Assembly (NCBI GenBank): GCA_902766835.1
Contig: CACXFC010000242.1
Location: forward strand, 7,132 to 71,131
Reading direction: 5' to 3'
Source of the DNA: an uncultured Coriobacteriaceae bacterium
GTDB taxonomy: Bacteria; Actinomycetota; Coriobacteriia; Coriobacteriales; Atopobiaceae
DNA: 64,000 bases
The translations under genes were made by a program, and so were the position numbers. Below are positions 9,153 through 19,075 of the stretch, piece by piece. Under the pieces are notes generated by a model, which saw only the letters and a list, made by a program, of their open reading frames with translations, did no database searches and was not told where the DNA came from. Position 1 is the first letter of the stretch, and every line of letters begins with the position of its first letter.

Positions 9153-9218
9153 AAAGGCCATTTTTCCAACCAATTTTCCTATGGGATATTAAGAAGTTTG
9201 GTTGGAAAAATGGCCTTT
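9153..9218. repeat. perfect 21-bp inverted repeat directly after the helicase frame
   Basis: AAAGGCCATTTTTCCAACCAA (9153-9173) pairs with TTGGTTGGAAAAATGGCCTTT (9198-9218) across a 24-nt loop. An AT-rich core follows at 9249-9284, flanked by the direct repeat AAGAAAAGA (9240-9248, 9285-9293). Confidence 0.7.
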
Positions 9219-9433
9219 CATTCGCAATATCTGATCCAAAAGAAAAGAGTTTTCAGGATAAAAAATATATTTTATAATTAAATTAAGAAAAGAAATCAGG
9301 CCTGAAATCAAAGATCTATTAAGGAAACTACGTTTCCCTTAGCTTCGCTTGCTTCGCAAGCTTGCTAATTCCTTTCCTTGTGTCGGTTGCTGCGCAACCG
9401 CCACGCCTTTTCAAGAGAAAAGAGGTTTTAGAA

Positions 9434-9622
9434 ATGAATGAAGAGAGATTCAAGATAACGATCTATGCAGATGGTAAGACGCTTGAAGTGCTCGATCTGA
9501 TCTCTGATTGATCGGATCTAGGGATCGAGGAAACGGCTTCCTTACTTTTGGCGCATTCGACCGAAAGAATCAGCGATCTTTACAGGGCAATTTCTGCAAC
9601 GGCCCTAGGAGGTGATCGCTAA
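9434..9622 (+). pseudogene. 62-codon ORF with an in-frame TGA
   Basis: ATG at 9434 follows AAAGAGG. MNEERFKITIYADGKTLEVLDLISD-TGA(9509-9511)-SDLGIEETASLLLAHSTERISDLYRAISATALGGDR. The TAA at 9620-9622 overlaps the ATG of the next gene (TAATG). Confidence 0.35.
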
Positions 9623-10020
9623 TGAATTTGGTTCAGAGCATGGAAAGCTGGTATCTCGCAAGGGATAAGCAGCATCATCTATTGGGCTTAGCCAAGAGCC
9701 AACTAGAAGCGGCCTATGCGGCTGGAATTAATGACGCTAGTTTGGGCAACTACCTAACCAACAAATACTCTTTCTTGGCTAGTGATCTTCGCAAGTTCAG
9801 CCACTTTGAAGGGATCACATCAGCAGAGATCGAAAGACGGTTTGCGGACGATATCGATCACATCCACCACAAGCTAGAGAGCGATATCAGAGCCAATCAG
9901 GCGGATCAGGCTACAGATGAAGCTACGTTCAATGACGTTGTGTTGTGGCCTTTGGTTAAGGAAGAGCTAGAACAGATCGCCCCGCCTGAAGTTGTGATAG
10001 CGCTCGATCTGAAGGCGTAG
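9622..10020 (+). CDS. hypothetical protein (element-encoded)
   Basis: 132-aa ORF with SD TAGGAGGTG. No recognisable motif. Confidence 0.6.
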   Translation: MNLVQSMESWYLARDKQHHLLGLAKSQLEAAYAAGINDASLGNYLTNKYSFLASDLRKFSHFEGITSAEIERRFADDIDHIHHKLESDIRANQADQATDEATFNDVVLWPLVKEELEQIAPPEVVIALDLKA

Positions 10021-10282
10021 GAGCCTTTCTAAGGGCCTAGAAGTGCGGGGATCGATATCTAAGACGTTGGGATAGAAGGCACCCCGAAAACAGGCTTAAA
10101 AGTGCTCTAGTGATATTTTTTGACAGCCTGAGAGGGTTTTTGGTGCATGCTTGATGCTATTGCCCCAAACGTACCCCGCCCCCTACAATTAAATGCATGG
10201 GTTCTGTTGTGGCTCACGTAACGACGAAAGTACAACAAATGATGGATAGATCCCAATCATCCCGAACAATCCGAAAAGATAT

Positions 10283-10303
10283 GTGGCACATATCTATGGC
10301 ACA
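10283..10303 (+). repeat. tandem (G/A)TGGCACA boxes (candidate integrase arm-type sites, right arm)
   Basis: GTGGCACATATCTATGGCACA lies 28 nt before attR, in the same orientation as 3248-3267. Confidence 0.5.
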
Positions 10304-10330
10304 CTAATAGAAAGTGCAGGTAAAAGGCTT

Positions 10331-12010
<1,680 letters not shown>

Positions 12011-12030
12011 CTGTTGCGCGCACTGCAGGA

Positions 12031-12086
12031 AATTAAGGGACACGCCCTTTTTGCCCCGCGTGGCAAAAAGGGCGTGTCCCCTAGTT
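12031..12086. repeat. GGGACACGCCC-family palindromic element
   Basis: AATTAAGGGACACGCCCTTTTTGCC-ccgcgt-GGCAAAAAGGGCGTGTCCCCTAGTT. It sits between convergent genes, and its right arm contains the stop codon at 12081-12083. Confidence 0.8.
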
Positions 12087-13115
12087 CCTAGGCGTGAGTA
12101 GCTCCTCGAGGGGTAGGGCGTCTGGGCCCCAATAGCCCAGCTCAAGACCGCGCTCGTAGATTCCATAGGCCTGCGCGTAGTAGCCATACGAGTTGAAGTG
12201 GGTCCAGTCGTACCTCAGCTTGGTGGAGATACAACCCTTGTCTGCCATCGCGCGGTCGGCCCTGTTCCGCTTCAGGCCACACACATCCAGCCCGTGCTCT
12301 ATGAGGTAGACGCGCATGTTGATGAAGTGGTCGCCAAACTCCTTGCGCAGCGCTGCCTCCCAGGCCGTCTCGCCAGGACCGGTACCCGGCGCGAATGGCT
12401 GCTGGCGCAGGTCTGCGATGGAGGTTCCCGGGTCGTCGGTGTCACCGATTATGAGATAGTCCTTGCAGCCGGAGTGCTCGATCATGGCCCGATACTGCTT
12501 GATGAGGCGCTTGTACCTGTTGGCCCAGCCCCCGTTGCTGCCAATCTCAAGAATGAGGATGTCGCCGGGGTGCTGCTCTCCCTCGTGTGCGATGCGCGGC
12601 AGGAAGACCTCAAGCGGGCTGCGCAGCTCCTCGATGGAGAGGCCTCCCTGCATCAGGGCGATCTCTTCGGAAGTCGCACCTGCGATGCCAAAGTTGAAGG
12701 TCTTGAGGCCGGTCAGCTCCTGCAGGATCTGGGGATAGGCCTTGAAGCTGATGTTGTTCTTCTGCCCGCCCTTCTTGATGGTGGCAAGACCTGCGCCCAC
12801 GCCTTCGGTCATGCTGTCGCCCCAGCAGACGATCTCGCGCGAATCGGTTTCGGATACGCCCTCGTAGCTCTGGTTGGCATGCTCGCGCAGGGCGTCGTAC
12901 AGGTCGTTGTAGCCACGCTCGCGCGGGAAGCGGTCGTAGCGCTCTACCTGGTTCCAGGGAAGGCCGGAGATGTCCACCTTTTCCTGGGCGGTCTCCCCTG
13001 AGGCTTTGTCGTCTGCAAAGCGAGCGACCGCAGGTACGGGAGCGCCAAGCGCAAGACAGAGCGTGGCGCCAAGCAGCGCCTGCGCCCACAGCAACCCTGA
13101 GCGTCTCACCGTCAT
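12081..13115 (-). CDS. secreted SGNH/GDSL-family hydrolase
   Basis: Signal-like N-terminus MTVRRSGLLWAQALLGATLCLALGAPVPA. GDS block VCWGDSMTEG and later ILEIGSNGG. Confidence 0.7.
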   Translation of the reverse strand: MTVRRSGLLWAQALLGATLCLALGAPVPAVARFADDKASGETAQEKVDISGLPWNQVERYDRFPRERGYNDLYDALREHANQSYEGVSETDSREIVCWGDSMTEGVGAGLATIKKGGQKNNISFKAYPQILQELTGLKTFNFGIAGATSEEIALMQGGLSIEELRSPLEVFLPRIAHEGEQHPGDILILEIGSNGGWANRYKRLIKQYRAMIEHSGCKDYLIIGDTDDPGTSIADLRQQPFAPGTGPGETAWEAALRKEFGDHFINMRVYLIEHGLDVCGLKRNRADRAMADKGCISTKLRYDWTHFNSYGYYAQAYGIYERGLELGYWGPDALPLEELLTPRN

Positions 13116-13156
13116 TTCTCCCTTGCAGATTTGTCGAGCCTTGCGCGTGCGATCGC

Positions 13157-13798
13157 CTATAGGGTATCGCTTTCCCAGATTTCGTTCTTGAACGACTCGA
13201 CCTGCTCGAGCCAGGCATCGGTATCGCCTTCGGCGTAGCTTGCGGCGCCTTCGGGGGTGATGTCGTATCCGTAGCCCTCGGCCAGGCCCTTAACGTGGGC
13301 CCGAATGGCCTCGTTCCAGTTGGGCCACTCCGTATCGCCCCAGCCCCATGCGTTGTAGGCGTGATAGCAAACCATGCCCGACTGGCTTTCCACGCGCGCG
13401 ATGGCGGGGGAGAGGCGCGGATCTACGTGGTTGTCATAGGCGGCCTCGGCAAAGGTCCTTCCATAGCCTGCCAGGGGGTATCCCTCGTTGAAGGCATCGA
13501 TGCGCTCCGCCCATGTCGTGACGAATTGCTCGCGGTCGACCTGCTCCTCGGCGGGAGCGGCCTCGGCCGCAGGCTGTTGCGCCTCGTCACCCTCGGCCGG
13601 AGCCTGCTCGCCGGTCTGTGCGGCCTGATCGGTCTGCTCAGCTTGCTCGGTCTGCTCGGCCTGCTGCTCAGTCTGCGGGGCCTGCGATTGGGGCAGGGGG
13701 TTTGTGCGGGCAAGCGCGAGACACAGCTGGGTAAAGGATGCCATGGCCACCACGGCGGCGATGACGGTGGCAACGAGGGTCTGGATGGTCTTGTTCAT
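13157..13798 (-). CDS. membrane-anchored protein with Q/E/A-rich linker
   Basis: Internal ATG at 13798 follows AAGAGG. MNKTIQTLVATVIAAVVAMASF (TM), a low-complexity QAEQTEQAEQTDQAAQ linker, then a C-terminal domain with ARVESQSGMVCYHAYNAWGWG. Possibly cell-wall related, which is a guess. Confidence 0.55.
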   Translation of the reverse strand: MNKTIQTLVATVIAAVVAMASFTQLCLALARTNPLPQSQAPQTEQQAEQTEQAEQTDQAAQTGEQAPAEGDEAQQPAAEAAPAEEQVDREQFVTTWAERIDAFNEGYPLAGYGRTFAEAAYDNHVDPRLSPAIARVESQSGMVCYHAYNAWGWGDTEWPNWNEAIRAHVKGLAEGYGYDITPEGAASYAEGDTDAWLEQVESFKNEIWESDTL

Positions 13799-14032
13799 GG
13801 ACGCTACCTCTTTAGGCGGGTTGGGCAGCCATGGTGCCTGCCTCCCTGCAGTCGGCCTTACTTCTAGGTGCGATTGTACGTGAGCGGCGCGCGTTAGGTT
13901 GCGAAACATGCCTGCTAATGGCATCAATGAGCCATTTGGGGCAGTATTTGACAGCGCGGCATGGCTCTGCACGCGCGCGCAACGTACCATAGAGGGCGTC
14001 AGGTACGCATGTCACAACCAAAGGGGTGGCCC

Positions 14033-14398
14033 ATGTCTGCACGCGTTCTGTTCCTTCAGTATCCCAAGTGTTCGACCTGCCGCAAGGCCAAGAAGTGGCT
14101 CGACGAGCACGGTGTTGCCTACACCGACCGCCATATCGTCGAGGAGAATCCCTCTGCCGAGGAGCTGGCCGCATGGCAAAAGCTCAGCGGGCTGCCCGCG
14201 CGGCGCTTCTTCAACACGAGCGGCAAGCTCTACCGCGAGCTGGGCATCAAGGACAAGCTTGCCGAGGGCATGGCAGATGACGAGATCTTCGCGCTTCTTG
14301 CGACGGAGGGCATGCTCGTGAAGCGCCCCCTTGTGGTTGGAGACTCCTTCGTGCTTGTGGGCTTCAAGGAAGCCGCATGGGAGGATGCTCTGCTCTAG
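14033..14398 (+). CDS. ArsC/Spx-family protein
   Basis: ATG at 14033 follows AAGGGGTGG. YPKCSTCRKAKKWLDEHGVAYTDRHI is the typical ArsC-family CxxC/K N-terminus. Confidence 0.75.
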   Translation: MSARVLFLQYPKCSTCRKAKKWLDEHGVAYTDRHIVEENPSAEELAAWQKLSGLPARRFFNTSGKLYRELGIKDKLAEGMADDEIFALLATEGMLVKRPLVVGDSFVLVGFKEAAWEDALL

Positions 14399-14533
14399 GC
14401 AGGCGGCGGTGTTGCCCAAGAAGGGCTCCCAGCACGCAACACCCATGCACCTCTCGGTGCATGGGCCGGCGCGCGGGGCCCATCTCGTATACTCGATACA
14501 AGGTGTTATTGCCACATAAACTAGGAGGGGCAC

Positions 14534-15934
14534 ATGAAGGACGGACTGAAGATCTGTACCATCGGCGGCGGCAGCAGCTACACGCCTGAGCTGATGAACG
14601 GTTTCATCTCGCGTTACGACCGCCTGCCGATCAAGGAGATTTGGCTGGTTGATGTCGAGCGCGGCCGCGAGAAGCTCGAGATCGTGGGTGCCATGGCACA
14701 GCGCATGTGGGATGCCTCGGGTCACGATGTCAAGGTTCACCTGACGCTCGACCGCCGCGAGGCCCTCAAGGATGCCGACTTCGTGACCACGCAGTTCCGC
14801 GTGGGCCTGCTCGAGGCGCGCATCAAGGACGAGCGCATCCCCTTCAGCCACGGCATGCTGGGCCAGGAGACCAACGGCGCCGGTGGCATGTTCAAGGCTC
14901 TGCGCACCATCCCCGTTATACTCGACATCGTCGAGGAGATGAAGGAGCTCTGCCCCAACGCATGGCTCATCAACTTCACCAACCCCAGCGGCATGGTCAC
15001 CGAGTCGGTCATTCGCTACGGCAAGTGGAACCGCTGCATTGGCCTGTGCAACGTGCCTATTGGCGCCATGCTCAACGAGCCCAAGCTCATTGACAAGACA
15101 CTCGACGACCTGGTGTATCGCTTTGCGGGCATCGACCACTTCCACTGGCATCGCGTCTTTGACGCCGCAACGGGCGCCGAGGTCACGATGGACATCATCG
15201 ATGCCATGCTTAACCCCAAGACCGAGGACGACGGCACGCCGGCCAACATCCACAACATCCCGTTCTACCGCGAGCAGCTCGATCACCTGGGCATGATTCC
15301 GTGCGGCTACCATCGCTACTACTACCTGCAGTCCGACATGCTCGACGATGGCCTGAAGGAGTTCAACGGCGAGGGCACGCGCGCCCAGCAGGTCAAGAAG
15401 GTCGAGGAGGAGCTGTTTGAGCTCTACAAGGATCCCAACCTGGCCGAGATGCCCGAGCAGCTCTCGAAGCGCGGCGGCGCCCACTACTCCGACGTGGCAA
15501 CCGAGTCCATTGCCGCCATCTACAACAATGCCAACGAGCACATCGTCTGCTCCACGCTCAACAATGGTGCCATCCCCGACCTGCCCGATGACGCCGTGGT
15601 GCAGGTTTCCAGCTATGTGGGCGGCGCCGGTGCCCAGCCGGTGGCCTTTGGCCCCATGACCACCTCTGCCCGCGGCTACCTGCAGCTCATGTGGAACATG
15701 CAGCGCCTGGTGGAAGAGGCTGCCGTGTACGGCGACTACGGCGCACTGCTGGAGGCCGTGGCGCTCAATCCGCAGACGCCCAGTGGTTCTGAGGCCAAGC
15801 AGTGCATCGACGAGCTGCTGGTTGCCCACGAGCAGTACCTGCCGCAGTTTGCCGAGAAGATCGCCGAGCTCAAGGCTGCCGGCGTGACGCCCATCGATCC
15901 CGTGGTGCAGGAGCTGTTGGCAAAGGGCCTGTAA
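14534..15934 (+). CDS. GH4 6-phospho-beta-glucosidase
   Basis: MKDGLKICTIGGGSSYTPELMNGF (NAD-binding GGGS), NAWLINFTNPSG, CNVPIG. Confidence 0.85.
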   Translation: MKDGLKICTIGGGSSYTPELMNGFISRYDRLPIKEIWLVDVERGREKLEIVGAMAQRMWDASGHDVKVHLTLDRREALKDADFVTTQFRVGLLEARIKDERIPFSHGMLGQETNGAGGMFKALRTIPVILDIVEEMKELCPNAWLINFTNPSGMVTESVIRYGKWNRCIGLCNVPIGAMLNEPKLIDKTLDDLVYRFAGIDHFHWHRVFDAATGAEVTMDIIDAMLNPKTEDDGTPANIHNIPFYREQLDHLGMIPCGYHRYYYLQSDMLDDGLKEFNGEGTRAQQVKKVEEELFELYKDPNLAEMPEQLSKRGGAHYSDVATESIAAIYNNANEHIVCSTLNNGAIPDLPDDAVVQVSSYVGGAGAQPVAFGPMTTSARGYLQLMWNMQRLVEEAAVYGDYGALLEAVALNPQTPSGSEAKQCIDELLVAHEQYLPQFAEKIAELKAAGVTPIDPVVQELLAKGL

Positions 15935-16093
15935 GCTGCGCATCCCTGAGGGGCAGTGAGAGGCGCACCCTTTCGGCCTGACTGTTCGTGGAGAACCTCG
16001 CTGAGGTGCAGTAGAGTATGTATGAACGAGGGCCCCGTGAGGCATAGCCTTGCGGGGCCCTTTCCTAGCGATTCAATAGGGAGGGGAGCGCAT

Positions 16094-16243
16094 ATGAAGC
16101 AGGAAGCTTCCCTGAAGGTGACGCTGGTCATGCTGGCCCTTTCCATAACCATGTGTGGCTATGGGGTGCTCTACAACGACGAGGTCAAGATCGTCCTCAA
16201 GAAGGCCACTGCCATTTGCATGCAGTGCATAGGTCTGGGCTAG
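16094..16243 (+). CDS. small CXXC membrane protein (CD1871A-like)
   Basis: ATG at 16094 follows GGGAGGGGAG. 49 aa with a TM segment and C-terminal ATAICMQCIGLG. It directly precedes the 4Fe-4S membrane protein. Confidence 0.55.
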   Translation: MKQEASLKVTLVMLALSITMCGYGVLYNDEVKIVLKKATAICMQCIGLG

Positions 16244-16253
16244 GGGTACAGGC

Positions 16254-17150
16254 ATGAAGAAGAGCAATAGTCTGCGCACCCTGGTGCAGGCAGGATGGGG
16301 CATTCTGACCAACAGCTACGTGCAAGGTTGGATGCCGGGCCCTCCAGCCATCTATCAGGGTCCGCTCAAGAGGTTCTGCGTGCCTGGCATGAACTGCTAC
16401 TCGTGCCCCGGAGCCTTGGGCTCGTGCCCCATCGGTGCTATGCAGGCGGTATTCAACGGGCGTCGTCGCAAGTTTGCCTTCTATGTGGTGGGATATCTGG
16501 CCACCATCGGTCTTCTGGTGGGCCGCTTCATCTGCGGATGGCTCTGCCTGTTTGGCCTCATTCAAGAGCTTCTGTATAAGATTCCCACGCCCAAGCTCAC
16601 CGTGCCCGAGAAGATTGACCGCCCGCTACGCTACCTCAAGTATGTGATGCTGGGCGTGTTCGTGTTCGCCCTGCCGTTTTTCTATCGCACCAATCTGGGT
16701 ATGGGCGAGCCGTTCTTCTGCCAGTACATCTGCCCGGTGGGCACGCTCGAGGGCGGCATTCCGCTGGTGCTGCTCGATGCAACCATGCGCGGTGCCCTTA
16801 GCTGGCTATTCAGGTGGAAGTGTGCGCTCATGCTTGTGTGCGTAATCTCGTCCATCTTCATCTATCGCCCGTTCTGCAAGTACGTCTGTCCGCTGGGCGC
16901 CTTCTATGCGCTGTTCCAGAAGGTCAGCGTCATGCGCATGCGCTTTGACCAGGACAAATGTGTGAGCTGTGGCCTGTGCGCCAAGACCTGCAAGATGGGT
17001 GTGAACCCCGTGCTCAATCCCAACAGCGCGGAGTGCATCCGCTGCAGCGAGTGCGTGCATGCCTGTCCGAAGCAGGCGCTCTCGTTTGGGGTGGGTCCCA
17101 AGAAGGAGGCCAAGCCGGACGAGGTAGTTCCCGTGCGGCTCAACGTGTAA
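16254..17150 (+). CDS. membrane 4Fe-4S binding protein
   Basis: Several TM segments. CPGALGSCP, CVSCGLCAKTCKMG and CIRCSECVHACP ferredoxin motifs. Confidence 0.75.
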   Translation: MKKSNSLRTLVQAGWGILTNSYVQGWMPGPPAIYQGPLKRFCVPGMNCYSCPGALGSCPIGAMQAVFNGRRRKFAFYVVGYLATIGLLVGRFICGWLCLFGLIQELLYKIPTPKLTVPEKIDRPLRYLKYVMLGVFVFALPFFYRTNLGMGEPFFCQYICPVGTLEGGIPLVLLDATMRGALSWLFRWKCALMLVCVISSIFIYRPFCKYVCPLGAFYALFQKVSVMRMRFDQDKCVSCGLCAKTCKMGVNPVLNPNSAECIRCSECVHACPKQALSFGVGPKKEAKPDEVVPVRLNV

Positions 17151-17171
17151 TCCCGGGACACTTCTGTCGGA

Positions 17172-17296
17172 GGCAACTAAGGGACACGCTTTTTTGCCGA
17201 GACGGAGATATGAAATTAAGGGACACGCCCTTTTTTGCCCCGCGGGGCAAAAAAGGGCGTGTCCCTTAATTTCAAAAAGGCGCGTCCCTTAGTTGC
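17172..17296. repeat. nested pair of GGGACACGCCC-family palindromes
   Basis: The outer arms are GGCAACTAAGGGACACGCTTTTTTGCC (17172-17198) and CAAAAAGGCGCGTCCCTTAGTTGC (17273-17296). They enclose a complete inner palindrome at 17212-17273. Confidence 0.8.
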
Positions 17297-17328
17297 TCTC
17301 GTATACCACTGACGTTGACGCGCCTTTA

Positions 17329-18810
17329 TTAGCGGTGGTAGTAGGTGCGCTTCTCAAACTTGGGCTCGCAGCACACGTTGATGCCCAGCTGGCGGTAGGT
17401 GCGCTCGTCGGTGGGGGAGATGATGACAGAGAAGTAGGCATCGCAGCCCTTGAGCTGCTCGGCTGCATCAATGACGGCAGACGCCAGCGCATTGGTTGCC
17501 GAGCTGATGGAAAGCGCAATGAGGGTCTCGTCCGAATGCAGGCGCGGGTTTTTGCTGTGCAGGTGGGCAATCTTGAGCTTGCAGATGGGTTCAAGAGCAT
17601 CATTGCTTACCACATAGACGTCCTTGTCCACGCCTGCCACACGCTTGAGGGCGTTGAGCAGCAGCGACGAGGCGCAACCGAGGATGGTGGACGTCTTGCC
17701 TGTGACGACGCTTCCGTCGGGAAGCACCATGGCGGCAGCGGGCTGGCCCGTCTCTTCTTCCTTTTTCAGGGCAGCTTCGCGTGCGGGCGAGAAGTCCTTG
17801 TCCACGCCCACATCGTTCATGAGCAGGCGGATGGTCTGCAGCTCGCTCTCGCCCGTGCCGGTGCGCTCGAGGCGCTCAGCAGTGTTGAAGTAGCGGCGCA
17901 CGATCTCGGCCTTGGCGGCAGTGCGACACACCTCATCGTCGCAGATGCAGTTGCCCACCATGTTGACGCCCATGTCGGTGGGCGACTGGTAGGGGCTTTC
18001 GCCCACGATGCGCTCCATCATCGACTTGAGCACCGGGAAGGTCTCGACGTCGCGGTTGTAGTTGACCGTCACCTTGTCGTAGGCTTCAAGGTGGAACGGG
18101 TCGATGATGTTGCGGTCGTCGAGGTCGGCCGTGGCGGCCTCATAGGCAACGTTCACGGGATGCTTGAGAGGCAGGTTCCAGACGGGGAAGGTCTCGAACT
18201 TGGCATAGCCCGCCTGCACGCCATGGCTGTACTCGTGGTAGATCTGCGAGAGGCACACGGCAAGCTTGCCCGAGCCAGGGCCGGGAGCCGTGACCACAAC
18301 CAGGGGCTTGGTGGTCTGGGCAAACTCGTTTGCCCCAAAGCCTTCGTCGCTCACGATGAGGTCGACCGCAGTGGGGTAGCCCTCTATTGTGTAGTGGCAA
18401 TAGACGGGAATGCCAAGCGCTTCGACGCGGGCCTTGTACGCCTTTGCATGGGGCTGGCCAGCATAGCGCGTGATGACGATGCCGCCAATGCCGATGCCCA
18501 TTCCGCGGAAGATGTCGAGCAGGCGCAGCGCATCCTCTGCATAGGGAATGCCCAGGTCCGACCTGCGCTTATCCTGCTCTATGTCGTTGGCGTTCAGGGC
18601 CACAAGTACCTCGGCATCGTTAGCCAGACTCGAGAGCATGCGCGCCTTAAGATCGGGCTCGAAGCCGGGCAGCACACGCGAGGCGTGGTAGTCATCGAAG
18701 AGCTTTCCGCCAAACTCAAGATAGAGCTTTCCGCCAAACTGGTCGATGCGCTCGCGAATGCGCTTCGACTGCATCTGAATGTATTTGTCCTTGTCAAAGC
18801 CAATTTGCAT
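17329..18810 (-). CDS. DUF1846 (UPF0371) family protein
   Basis: MQIGFDKDKYIQMQSKRIRERIDQFGGKLYLEFGGKLFDDYHASRVLPGFEPD is the characteristic N-terminus. 493 aa. Confidence 0.8.
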   Translation of the reverse strand: MQIGFDKDKYIQMQSKRIRERIDQFGGKLYLEFGGKLFDDYHASRVLPGFEPDLKARMLSSLANDAEVLVALNANDIEQDKRRSDLGIPYAEDALRLLDIFRGMGIGIGGIVITRYAGQPHAKAYKARVEALGIPVYCHYTIEGYPTAVDLIVSDEGFGANEFAQTTKPLVVVTAPGPGSGKLAVCLSQIYHEYSHGVQAGYAKFETFPVWNLPLKHPVNVAYEAATADLDDRNIIDPFHLEAYDKVTVNYNRDVETFPVLKSMMERIVGESPYQSPTDMGVNMVGNCICDDEVCRTAAKAEIVRRYFNTAERLERTGTGESELQTIRLLMNDVGVDKDFSPAREAALKKEEETGQPAAAMVLPDGSVVTGKTSTILGCASSLLLNALKRVAGVDKDVYVVSNDALEPICKLKIAHLHSKNPRLHSDETLIALSISSATNALASAVIDAAEQLKGCDAYFSVIISPTDERTYRQLGINVCCEPKFEKRTYYHR

Positions 18811-19075
18811 GAAGCTCTCCTTGGGATGGTGGCTCGGCTCAACCGCACTATTTTAGCAAGTAGGGCAATAGCATCGGAAGCGTATCAAGCTTTATGTCTC
18901 GCATATGCATGAGCTGTGCACATGCCCTGATAAGCATGCCAAGGTTGGCACGAGCTGCGTTCGTAATATAAATGTAAGCTAAATTGATTTAACCAAAGAG
19001 AGATTGCCTAGGTCAGCCGCCAGCGTTCGCTCTGCCCTACCCACGCGCTCGAAGCCATGGACGAGAGGACCCAGC

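Noticed and set aside
7668-9511. Selenocysteine as the explanation for the in-frame TGAs
   Set aside because: No conserved hairpin resembling a bacterial SECIS lies immediately downstream of any of the three TGAs. A helicase and a 62-aa ORF are not plausible selenoproteins. No sel genes are in view.
10120-10160. TTGACA at 10120-10125 as an element-borne promoter for ettA
   Set aside because: No acceptable -10 hexamer lies at 16-19 bp spacing (GTGCAT or TGCATG only). It is mentioned only as an open question under the ettA finding.
13540-13700. Short GC-rich repeats (GGTCTGCTC-like) on the plus strand
   Set aside because: They are the reverse complement of the Q/E/A-rich low-complexity linker of the CDS at 13157-13798. 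This is coding repetition, not a separate element.
14012-16045. Very long antisense ORFs opposite recognised genes. Examples: 1131-2918 (-), 14012-16045 (-), 17293-18912 (+), 23055-24710 (-), 24866-26386 (+), 26612-27586 (+), 30663-32192 (-), 35168-36871 (-), 38381-39457 (-), 39695-41062 (-), 48454-49602 (+), 54210-55937 (-), 55604-57025 (+), 58580-59896 (-), 59918-61723 (-), 61793-63640 (-).
   Set aside because: These are shadow ORFs, typical of high-GC DNA. Their translations are Arg/Gly/Ala/His-rich low-complexity strings with no motifs, while the opposite strand encodes clear family members preceded by good SD sequences.
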